A stretch of 63,554 bases of DNA, counting the filler, from Hausera hauseri (taxonomy: Eukaryota): the NCBI GenBank assembly GCA_046269625.1. It is 11 parts of 11 records of this genome, joined end to end, with 100 filler letters (N's around TTAATTAATTAA, not from the genome) between each part and the next. Parts side by side here need not be neighbours in the genome. Positions count along the whole stretch, not along the records: positions 32,760 to 36,758 come from JBJURY010828972.1; positions 36,859 to 40,960 come from JBJURY010761540.1; positions 41,061 to 45,561 come from JBJURY010552005.1; positions 45,662 to 51,065 come from JBJURY010261621.1; 7 more parts are not named here. One strand, given 5' to 3'. Shown piece after piece: positions 35,971-46,899 of this stretch; position 1 is the stretch's first letter, and each line of letters starts with the position of its first letter. A program made the translations under genes and the position numbers. Under the pieces are notes generated by a model that had not been told where the DNA came from, searched no databases, and saw only the letters and a list, made by a program, of their open reading frames with translations.

Positions 35971-36263
35971 CTGGCACAGTCGTGGTTTCACTATTCCCAC
36001 CCCTGAGAACAAAGCTGGTGCCAACTGGGTTTCATTATTCCCACCCTTGAGAAAAAAGCTGGTGCCAACTGGGTTTCATTATTCTCACCCCTTTTTTGTT
36101 TAAATTTTGAACAAAGGGATTTCTGGCGCAGTCGTTGTTTCACTATTCGCACTTTGTTTAAATTTTGCAAAGTTGTTACTTGTGTCAAAAAATGTACACT
36201 ATGACAAAACATAAGACAAAACACAAGACAAAACACAAATATTTATTAATATAACAAATACAA

Positions 36264-36758
36264 TCAAATAGAATAATGTCCATAGGCGACACTTTTGTTT
36301 TTCGATATCCAGTGTCGTTTGTCATCGAATGGATCTAGTGCTTTCTTTTTTGTACTGATCGTCATCAGTTGATGGTTCTTGGTACCAATCCGTTCTTGAT
36401 AAACAATTGTCCCACATCCATTCTCATATGCTTGCAAGTAGTTGTCAAAGTGCAAATTCGTTTGCTTCAGATTGATGCCCTTGCATTTGAGCACTGGTTT
36501 GGATTGGGTTTTGAGGGCATATGATTTCGGCCGTAGGAAAATGGCTTCTTGATACTGAACGCTGCCCTTGCTCTCGTCTTTAAATTTGCCAATAACAGAA
36601 GCGAAACGAGTCGAGTACAGTGGATCACTTTTATCATAGTTAGACGTATCTAACTGCTCGTTTGCTATCATTGATGGTAACAGTTGGGATTGTAAGTCCA
36701 CACCACGGCATTCAATGAAGAAACTGTCAGTGTCACCAGCAACAATATTTAACTCGCA
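36264..36758 (-). CDS. Protein-primed family B DNA polymerase, C-terminal part (Polinton/adintovirus)
   Basis: IVAGDTDSFF, LDTSNY, IGKFKDE, FLRPKSYA, KCKGI, ALDPFDDKRH, AYGHY. Confidence 0.92.
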   Translation of the reverse strand, partial: CELNIVAGDTDSFFIECRGVDLQSQLLPSMIANEQLDTSNYDKSDPLYSTRFASVIGKFKDESKGSVQYQEAIFLRPKSYALKTQSKPVLKCKGINLKQTNLHFDNYLQAYENGCGTIVYQERIGTKNHQLMTISTKKKALDPFDDKRHWISKNKSVAYGHYSI

Positions 36759-36879
36759 NNNNNNNNNNNNNNNNNNNNNNNNNNNNNNNNNNNNNNNNNN
36801 NNTTAATTAATTAANNNNNNNNNNNNNNNNNNNNNNNNNNNNNNNNNNNNNNNNNNNNTTATATGGGGACTGCCAAGAA

Positions 36880-37080
36880 GATAAGAGGATCTAAACCCTG
36901 CAGATGATATAGTACTGCTGTCACACTAAACAGAAGTTAGCCAAAGCAGTGTGTCTACAAATCAATGCAGAGGAAAAAAATGTCATGACAATAAACGCTA
37001 AAAACATTAATGTCGATGGAAAAGAGCTAGAAGAAACGGGACAGTTCTAGTATTTTGGAAGTTATGTTACCAAGGATATG
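36880..37080 (+). pseudogene. RTE-type RT fragment
   Basis: ADDIVLLS, LQINA..NVM, INVDGKELEETGQF*YFGS. Confidence 0.6.
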
Positions 37081-37252
37081 CGACGTGTACTGTCATTGAA
37101 TCTCCACATTTCCTCGTTACTGATGCCCCAAGCCATCTGTGATTTGACTTCTTTCCAAGCCATTCACATACACAAACCAAGGCATCATCATCAAAAAAGT
37201 TCCAAAAGTTGAGGTACTGAGTGACAAACCGCTATTTTATCTGCCATTTTCT

Positions 37253-40200
37253 ATGGTTTATAGAGACTCTGTCAGTTCAAGAAAACGGTTAGTGTTTGAC
37301 GCCAGTTCTCATGAGGGAGGTGAACTGTCGCTTAATGAATGTCTTTACGCCGGTCTCAGCCTAAATCCCCTCATATTCAACATGCTAATATTTTTCCGTT
37401 TGAATACAGTGGTCGTCCTGGCAGACGTAGAAAAGGCGTTCCTGCAAATATCGTTGAATGAGAAGGATCGGAATGCAGTCCGGTTTCTATTCCCAAGTGC
37501 AAACCCAGGCACAAACGAACATTATATCATCCAAATCTTCAGATTTTGCCGCGTTCTTTTCGGAGTGAACGCTAGTCCCTTTTTGCTGTCCGCCACTATT
37601 AAGGAACACTTACAAAAGTTTCGAGAACTGTACCCCGCTACAATAGAAATGCTCGACAAATGTTTGTATGTAGACGACTTTGTAGGAGCCCTCGACAATG
37701 TTTCATCTGCCTTTCAGATGTCGAATGAAGCCAAGGAAATTATGGCAAATGCAGGAATGAACTTATGCAAGTGGAGTTCCAATAGCAAAGAACTAGTACA
37801 ATTATGGGAAGATAATGGGTTCAAAACCCATCCAATTCATTCAGAGAGCCATCCTCCTGACAAATTACACAGAGTCCTCGGTCTTCCGTGGAACGTTCAT
37901 CAAGATTACATCACGATAGATGGAAAAGATTTGCTCGAATTTAATGAGGCGGAAGTTATTACGAAAAGAGACGTACTGAGATCAGCGGGTAAATTGTACG
38001 ACGTACTTGGCCTTCTAACGCCATTCACAATAAGGCTTAAATGCCTCTTCCAAGAACTGTGGCTCAGGAAGTGTCCATGGGATGCGGAACTTCCAAGGGA
38101 CCTTCTTCGAACGCATACTCTGTGGAGGTCTGAATTATCCGAGATACCGAACCTGCAAGTTCATAGAAGGATCCTCGACTCCAACCTAGGTGATGCCAAC
38201 GAACTACAAATCCATGCCTTTTCAGATGCCAGTCAAAAGGCCTACGGAACTGCAGTGTATCTGCGTGTGAAGGACAGAGACAAAATCACAGTGAACCTGG
38301 TGGCTTCGAAAAGCCGTGTTGCCCCGTTAAAGAAACTGACTCTTCCGAAACTTGAACTGATGGGGGCATTGCTCACAGCCTGTCTTGTAAAGGAAGTAGA
38401 ATTAATTGTAAGACGAAAGGGGTCACCTACAGTCCATTTTTGGACTGATTCACAAGTTGCGTTATTTTGGATTAAGGGACCTCATCATAAGTGGAAACAA
38501 TTTGTTTCAAATCGAGTGAGAGAAATTCAGATGCTCAGCAATCCTGAAGCATGGTCTCATGTACCTGGAAAATTAAATATTGCAGACCTTGTAACCCGAG
38601 GGGTTAGTGCAGAAAGTCTTTTAAGAAACAAGGACTGGTGGTCAGGACCTGAATTCTTACACAATAATGTGGTCTCAATATTTGAGTGTAGTGACTCTAT
38701 TCCTGAAGAATCCTACATTCTAGAACTGAAAAAAGGGTCCTCTGTTGTAGGGGACTCATGTTTCGTTGTAGCCAATCAAAACGTCCTTTTTGATAATCAT
38801 CTTTTCAAAATTACTAATAATTTTTCTAAACTTGTGCGCATAGTTGCCTATGTTCTCAGATTTATCCACAATTGTAAAAATGTAAAAGCTAAGAAAGGCG
38901 GTTATTTGGAATGTCAGGAATTAGACAAATCAGAATACATTCTCTTAAAAAATGCCCAAATTGAATATTTAGAAGAGATTACCGCCTTGATAAAAGGTGA
39001 TAATGTGAAAGGCAGAAGTAAACTGTCTTCTCTTAATTGTTTTTTTGACGAAAATGGGTTAATTCGTGTTGGAGGACGAATAATCAACTCGAGTGTTAAT
39101 TACAATACTAAACATCCGGTTGTCCTCCCATCTAAACACCCTCTAACTCGCATGATTGTGCAGTATTTTCACTTGAAACATCTGCATGCAGGGCCCCAAG
39201 CCTTGTTGTATCTAATACGCTTACGATATTGGCCATTAAACGGTAGAAATTTATGCAGATCAGTGGTACACAACTGTGTCACCTGCACTAGGAACAAACC
39301 AATTCTAAAACAGCAATTGATGGGTCAATTACCCAGAGAACGCATAGAACCTTCTCCCCCCTTCACTGTAACAGGTATAGATTTTTGTGGACCTTTCCAT
39401 GTAAAGTTCAAAGGACAAAGGAAAGGAGTGTTGAACAAAGTGTATGTGGCAATTTATGTTTGTTTTTGCACTAAGGCCATACACCTGGATTTTGTAAGTG
39501 ACTTGCCTACCGCCGGACTTATTGCAAGCTTGAAAAGATTTTTTTTTTTTTCCAGGAGAGGTTAGGGCTTCCAAAATTTTCACTGACGAAATTTCGTAGG
39601 CGCGGATGCCGAACTGACACGACTTCTAAAAGTTGTAAATTCACCGGATGAACCTTTAGCTCAATATTTCACTGAGGAGAAAATTGATTGGCACTATAAC
39701 CCTCCAAGATCTCCCAACTTTGGAGGATTATACGAAGCCGGTGTAAAATCCTTCAAGTTTCATTTAAAACGCTTGGCAGGAAATTCTCATTTCACTCTTG
39801 AAGAACTCATAACGGTCTTAGCAGAAATTGAAGGAGTTTTAAACTCCAGACCGTTGACTCCGTTGTCAGCTGATTTTGATGATTTTGAAACCCTAACTCC
39901 AGGGCATTTCCTAATTGGCCGACCCATCACTTCCATCGCGGAACCCCAACTTGTAGATGTCAATGAAGGCAGACTCTGCAGGTGGGAAAGGGTCTCCAAG
40001 GCCTCTCAAAGAATTTGGAGACTCTGGAAAAGGGATTATTTAAATAACTTGCAAGAACGCCATAAATGGCAATTTAGTAAGAACAACGTTAAGGTGGGGA
40101 CCTTAGTCCTGGTAAGGGAAGAAAACTTACCAGGCACAAAGTGGCTAACAGGAAGAATAGATGAAATACTCGAAGGAGGTGATGGGAAGGTAAGAATAGT

Positions 40201-40273
40201 TACTGTACGCTTGCCACAAGGCAAGGTACTCAAAAGATCTGTAAGAAATATTTGTGTATTACCTGTGTATTAA
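37253..40273 (+). mobile_element. BEL/Pao LTR retrotransposon pol (RT-RNase H-integrase), frameshifted at the T-run near 39540
   Basis: RLVFDAS, ADVEKAFLQI, YVDD, FSDASQKAYG, SKSRVAP, WTDSQV, HLKHLHAG..CVTC, GIDFCGP, GGLYEAGVKS, LNSRPL, LTPGHFLIG. Confidence 0.95.
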
Positions 40274-40398
40274 TTATTGTTATTCTAGAATTAATTGTAT
40301 GTTTGAATTTTGATGCTAGTAACTATTATTGTGTAACTTTGTTTAAGTTTTCATTGTATTATTTCATATAATTTGAATATTGGATTTAAAATCCAATC

Positions 40399-40600
40399 GG
40401 CGGGGAGTGTTAAGTACCTGAGAGTTTTCTCAGTAGATGGCGCACGCCCTCCTCTTTTTTGCACTCTCTGATAGGTGGAGAGCACTTGGCAGCAAGACGG
40501 AAACGAAGGAGCATGTCCTTCAAGTCACTCGATACTCAAACCAATTTTTATTGTAAATAGTTGTAGCAATGTTATTTTACTTTTATTCTCTTGATTTGAC
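40399..40600 (+). repeat. Polypurine tract and start of the BEL 3' LTR
   Basis: GGCGGGGAG immediately followed by TGTTAAG at 40408. The LTR end is uncertain. Confidence 0.65.
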
Positions 40601-40780
40601 ATGAAGCATCAGAGATCTTCTCGAATTTTCTTTTTTTTCATCAAATTCTTTAGATTTTCCAAAATAATCAGCAAATTTTCCTGTGTTTCCAAACATGTTA
40701 TCACACCAACTTGTGAAATATTCGTAGCAATATTATTTCGCGATTTACAGGATGGGTTCTTGATTATTGCAAAGGATTAA

Positions 40781-40960
40781 ATGTTTCCCAAAGCTATTAA
40801 AGATAATAAAATCGAAACTGAATATAAATATTACAACATTGGTTACAGAACAAGAAAATATTTACACATCACGACTAAGAAATTTGAAGGATATTTTGAA
40901 CTAAAACATTTATTTGGATTTTTACAAAATTACAGCAGAATAATCCACAACACATATTTT
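40781..40960 (+). pseudogene. Possible Polinton-like major capsid protein fragment
   Basis: GYRTRK...FEGYFELKHLFGFLQNYSRII resembles the PL.HIFGF..Y.KI motif of Polinton-type capsids. Confidence 0.4.
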
Positions 40961-41499
40961 NNNNNNNNNNNNNNNNNNNNNNNNNNNNNNNNNNNNNNNN
41001 NNNNTTAATTAATTAANNNNNNNNNNNNNNNNNNNNNNNNNNNNNNNNNNNNNNNNNNNNACAGTTCAGACGAACAGTGTATACTTTAGCACTGACTGGC
41101 TTTAAAAATTACCATGGGGGAAAGGTGTGACTGCATCAAAGGAGTTACGTGGTCCCTTATTTCTTTCAAGAAGTTTAGACCAGAAGAAGACAGAGGTAAA
41201 CTGTTTCTTAATATAAGTAATATAATGAAATAATTTCAACGGAATTTTTTTCTTCTAGATACTCCCGTAAAAACTGTCCTTTGATCTATGGGTATGACAT
41301 TGTATAATTAATGTAATGTGCTAACACTTTGAAAAATGCCACGCCCCGCCACTGATGATCAGTACTTTCACGCGAGGACTGAAAATGTACATCACTAAAA
41401 ATAATGTTGTAAATGTATACAAACATCACAGAGATTTCTCGCAAACCCCGCAGTGGGTGGGAGGTGATGCCTACAATTCGAGGGAATAGAATTTCGGAA

Positions 41500-44342
41500 A
41501 ATGAGCAAAAGATTTGAGTTTTCGAATCTTGAATCTCTTTCAAGATTGGAGGGATTCAAGGATTCAGATGTCTCATCCCTAGTGAAAAAAAAAAAAAACT
41601 GCACACAGTTTTGAACAGTTTACCTTTAGTTTCCATGTGTTGCAGTATCCATTTAATCTTGTTACATTTTAAGCTTTTTTGCAGCTATATCATTGTTTCA
41701 TTTTGTTTGCCACATTACTAAATCATCAGCACAGAGAGCCTTTTCTGTTGTGTTTTCCAGCTGGATCATTTATATATATCAGGAAGAGATACAGTTCATA
41801 GGTGAACCTTGAGGTAACCCCTCTTCCAGGACTTCTTTATATGAGATTGCATCATTTAATTTTATCTGAATAGTTCTGTCTATCAGAAAAAATGTTATCC
41901 ATTTATACAATTTTCCATGTACACCCATATTAATCATCTTCATGAGTAGGCCTTTGCGCCAAACATGATCGTAAGCCTGCTGTAGATCTACAAATATGGC
42001 TACAGTGTGTTTGCTATTTTGAAAGCCATCTTGTATAAGTTGGGAAATTCTGAAAAGCTGGTCTTCTGTACAGTTGCCTCTTCTGAAGCCTGCTTGTTCT
42101 TGGCATAAGCTGTTTGATGATTCTAAATACCAGTAAAGCCTAGTATTAATCATCCTTTCTGCAACTTTGCCTATACACGACGTCAGGGAGACTGGACGGT
42201 AGTTTTTAGGCTCATCTGGTGTCTTATCTTTCTTCAATATGGGCATTATGAACGCGTTCCTCCATTCACTAGGTATCTGGCCACTTCTCCAGGTCATATT
42301 GACAAGTTTAAGGAGTGCTTCTCTTCCTGTCTTGCCAAGTTTCTTAATCATTTCATTATAAATTTTATCAGGTCCTGGGGCTTTGTTGTTTTTCAGCTTC
42401 TTGATGGCTTGGTTCAGTTCATGCAGATTAAAATCATCTTCAAAGATGGCAACATTTGCAATGTGGGCTCTTTCTAGCTTTCTCAATCCATTCAAACGTA
42501 TTTTGTCCTCACTGTTTAGTTTGCTTGCTCTATTTACTGATGCAAAGTAGCGGTTGAAGTGCTCTGCTTTTGTTTTGTCTGCAGCTAATCGTATCACTGT
42601 CAGCAATCAGTAGTTTTGGGTTAGTGCGTTGTCTCTCTCCTGTCATATTATGGAGCAATTTCCAACCTTTATTACCATCTTGTCGTAAGTCTAATTTGTT
42701 ACATATTTCTTGCCATTTCTCCTTTTTGGCCTTTTTGACTAAAAGTTTCACTTTGGCGCAATCTTTATTGTATTTAATTTTATTATCTAGAGACGATGAT
42801 TGTTAGAGTGCAGCTCTTGCCATCTTCCTTTCAGTGACTGCAGCTTGTATTTCAGCATTGCAGAAAGGACTGTGTTTCTTCCTACATCCTCTGGAAATAG
42901 CTTTAGTCGCAGAACTAAGAATGTCATTTTTCTATTATACATCCTCACGTCGCTGGTGTCTATCTGTGACAGCAGTTGGTCTGTCGTCTCCTGGTACAGC
43001 CTCCAGCCCGCCATGTTAAAATTCCATCTAGTCTGATGTTTGAACTGTATCTTCCAGGGTGTATAAAATGTAGTCAAGATAGGTCTGTGGTCACTCCCAA
43101 TGCCATCAAGCACCCCATGCAACTATAGGTTAAAAGAGCAGCTGAACAGATCGTCATATCAGGTCGGCTTAAAGAGAGGTGGGCTCTATGTAGTAGAGTT
43201 GGTGTTGATGTTGGATTTTGCAATGCAGCAAGGTTTGATGTCTGACAGAGCTCTTCAGTGTATCTTCCTGTGGCATTTAAGTCATGGTATCCCCACTGTG
43301 GTGAGTGTCCATTGAAATCGCCAGCTATGACAGTGTAACGATAGTCTGTTTCATAAAGTTCAGTTATATTGCATGTTGTTCTAGGGGGGCTATACACATT
43401 ATAGACGGTATACTTGTGTCCCCTATGCCAGACTGAAGCCTTCTGAGCATCAGTGGGTTCAGCTGTGCCTGCCTGTTTAACATCCCCTTGGATGTCATTT
43501 CTAATATATGTGATTATTCCTCTACAGTTTTTACATTTGCAGGCGTAGTTTGTGTATCCTGATATATGTATGTTAGCATTCTTATGAAGTGTTTCTTGAA
43601 GTACTGCTATATGTATTTGGTGTTCATACATAACCTTTGCCAGTTCTGTCTTCTTGTTCTTGATGCCACAAATGTTTATCTGTAATATGTTTAAGTGTTG
43701 TGATCCTTTCCCGACCCTTCTGCCACATTTCTTCTTCCGCCGAGACCTTTTTGATTTATATATTGACTGCGGTTGAAACTTTGAAGATCTTCCAGGCACT
43801 GATTTTTCGCACAGATTAGCCTGGTTGCCCACTAACTGGCGCGGACCTTGTTGATCGAGGCGACGTCCGAGCTCGCATGTATTTTCTTCTACTGTTGTCA
43901 TGGCATTGTTTACTGGGGTGTCTGTGGGTTATCTACCAACCCCAGGCTGAAATCTGGCATCTCTCATACCCCATCTCGTCTCATCGTAGAAGAGGGAGAC
44001 CACCTATCCCTCAAAGACGGCGCTACTGGTTATGCAGCCCCCCTCTCTCAGCCATGGAGTCCAGGCAGGATTCACATCTGCCCATTCCCCGCCACCCATT
44101 GTCTTCTGGCATGCTGTTCTAAACTATTTAGGCGTTAGGCCATTCAGCAACACAGCCATAGTATTAGACAACAGGATCGTCACGTCCTGGGCCAATTGTG
44201 TCTGTGCGAGCTACTCCACTATACTGAAAAGATGGCAAGCCGCAGTCTCCAGATTCCTCCTCGGGGATCTTGGTCTCCAAATATACCTTTGAGAAGTCTA
44301 GAGCAAGTGGGAGGTATCAGATTCCATCCCATCCACAGGGGG
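41500..44342 (-). mobile_element. Ingi/Nimb-like non-LTR retrotransposon: 5' UTR, APE and RT, frameshifted and 3'-truncated
   Basis: LNILQINICG..LQET, IAGDFNGHSPQWG, SDHRPI, KAPGPD, NYRPVSLTS, QAGFRRG, FVDLQQAYD, GLPQGS, ADDL. ORF starts at 43901; putative 5' end CCCTGTGG at ~44340. Confidence 0.9.
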
Positions 44343-45099
44343 TTCGTAAGAAGTAGTTGATAAGACAAGTATATGTAAATAGTGAAGAATCACACTCAAG
44401 TAAGAGTGTGGGTGGGATTGATGAGGTGCATAGCGTATACCACGCGCCGGTGGGTTCTGCACACTGCATCTTATAGGGGGACCACCTCCTCCCTTTTCCA
44501 GTTATACCGCTGGATACTCGGTCGCACCCAAAGCAACTTTACAAACACAGGGGCACCACAAGTAGGTGTGGCCTTGAATACATTAATGTAGGAAAGGCCA
44601 CATGTGAACTCACAGTGTGTACACTGGTGTCACTGCAGGGGTCGGAATGGCTAAGAGAAGTGCACAATAACATGACACTGATTACGAATAATTTATGTAA
44701 ATTGTGTCCCGTATTTGATGCTACTGTTGAACTATGGGGAGGGGGGTAGGCGTATGTAAGGGATAGTACCTCACGGTGAGAGGTAGCCACATCCCTATGG
44801 GCTGGTCCTGGATCCAAGTTTTGGTTCCCCCAATCCTGCCTAGCTCACATATTGCTCCATGTGTTTGCATATGTACGGCTGCGCCATCCCTCATGCAACA
44901 GCTTTGGCTGTGAGTGAATTAATTATAAGGATGTTCCACTTAGATAGTACCCACAGCTGCTGGTGGAAGAGACGGAAGATCGATTCGTTCGACAACGGCT
45001 GCAAAGGCAGGGGCTGGAACGGCCTAGCATCGGGCTAAGGGCACATCAGGGACAAATTTGGTAAGCGGCCAGGGCCTTTTAGAAAGAAATGACAAACTG

Positions 45100-45561
45100 C
45101 TGATCGAAAGACTAGTCATAATCATGCTAAGAAACTCGTGACAGCAAAGAACGATATAATATAAAGATCTGATGACCAAGCCAGATAGATCAATTAACTC
45201 TAAAAAGGGAACAGTTGCCAAAGATACTACCAGTAATTGTGATGACGGCCAAACGCCCGACAGTGTTACAAAGGAAATCATTGACACTGTCCTGAATGTA
45301 AATAAACCAAACACGGAAAAAAAACCCAAAATAGTGTCAATCGACAAAGCTAGTCGCCAACTCAAAATTACCATAGACAACGAAGAAATAGAGAATGTCT
45401 CAACTTTTGAATATCTGGGATCCACAGTATACAGCAATGGAGACTGCTCAATGGAAGTAAGAAGAAGATTGATCATAGCAATGCAGAGATCAACTGGTAT
45501 GTCATGACATGACACCAGCAACTCAATCAAAATAAAACTTCTGAGAACATGTATTTTCCAT
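45100..45561 (+). pseudogene. RTE-clade RT C-terminal fragment
   Basis: ITIDNEEIENVSTFEYLGS..NGDCSMEVRRRL..KIKLLRTCIF. Confidence 0.75.
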
Positions 45562-45661
45562 NNNNNNNNNNNNNNNNNNNNNNNNNNNNNNNNNNNNNNN
45601 NNNNNTTAATTAATTAANNNNNNNNNNNNNNNNNNNNNNNNNNNNNNNNNNNNNNNNNNNN

Positions 45662-45807
45662 AATGTGCAGAGCAACGGTGCCTAGCGGCAACGTTGCTAG
45701 GCACTCTATGGATCGATAGTGCTCGAGGTGCATTATCGATTGGCACATGTGCAATATCGATTCGCACACCCCCGGGGGTGGGGCAGAACCGCCATTTATA
45801 CACTACT
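45662..45807 (-). repeat. Polinton-type terminus (5'-AGTAGT), homologous to 58626-58790
   Basis: The reverse complement aligns over ~145 nt with 58626 onward; similarity stops at AGTAGT. Confidence 0.75.
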
Positions 45808-46899
45808 GAAGCCGTAACAAAGCATAAGTATTTATATTGAAATGTAACAACAAAGACACGCAAAATAAATTATATTGATTCACGAAAGCAAACGTAGAAA
45901 AATTGTATATATATATGATTAAAAATACAAATCTAATGAGGAAATTAATCCGTCGTTGTTGTTGCCGTTTTCGTCTCATATCATCTTTGATACATTGTAT
46001 GAATAGAGATCTGACAGTTAATTCAATATATTCCCGTCGGTTAACTATTCTGGTTTCTGCGAGCTCACACAAAATCTGAACATCACATGTCCAGTGAAAA
46101 CGTCGTCGGTCAATTTCTTAATCTCGCATACAGTGTACTGTTCCTTGTTATTTTAGTTCTTTTTGTTATAGCGTATAGAATAATTGTTTGTAAGGGAGTA
46201 AGGAGACTTTTTTTTTCAAGATCGACAAATATGTTGTCATATTTCAATTTATAGTATTTATAACTTAATATAAAAGATTTATTTTATTTCCCATTAAGAA
46301 GTGTATTGCGTCGCGCGCATACATGTGGAGCAGAAGCAACAACTTATTTGTCGGTCTTGAGAGAAAAAGAAGTCTTTTTATTTCCTTATAAACAATTATT
46401 CTAAACGCTACAACAAAAACAACTAAAATCACATGGAACAGTACATTGAAAGCAAGATTAAAAAATTGTCAGATGACATTTTGACTGGACATGTGTTTTA
46501 TATTCAGTTTCAGTGCCATCAGCAGATAGCTAAATATTATTCCGTTGGCACGAACTCATATTTGTGCTCAACTTGCGGTAGTATTTCGGCACCTTGTCCA
46601 TACCCCAACTTTTATGCGATGCACAAGCATCATCTTGGCCCGTTTATGCGTGCAAAGTAGATGATGGTTGTTCATTGCCACACATACCTGCGATACTGTA
46701 GTAGTAGAGTGCATGACGTTGATTGTTGCCATAGTATAATGGAGCAGTACAAAAGCGCCACAACGGTGCACGGTAAACGGGCCTAAATTTGTCCCGGTTG
46801 TTCTATAGTTGATGAAATCAACTATGAAAAATTTTATAACCAGGACAAGGACCACTTGAACCAGTTTCAGCGGTCCGAAAAGATAATAGTGATGGCGAC

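Noticed and set aside
43840-43901. Possible 2A-like peptide at the LINE ORF start (DQQGP)
   Set aside because: Does not fit D(V/I)ExNPGP.
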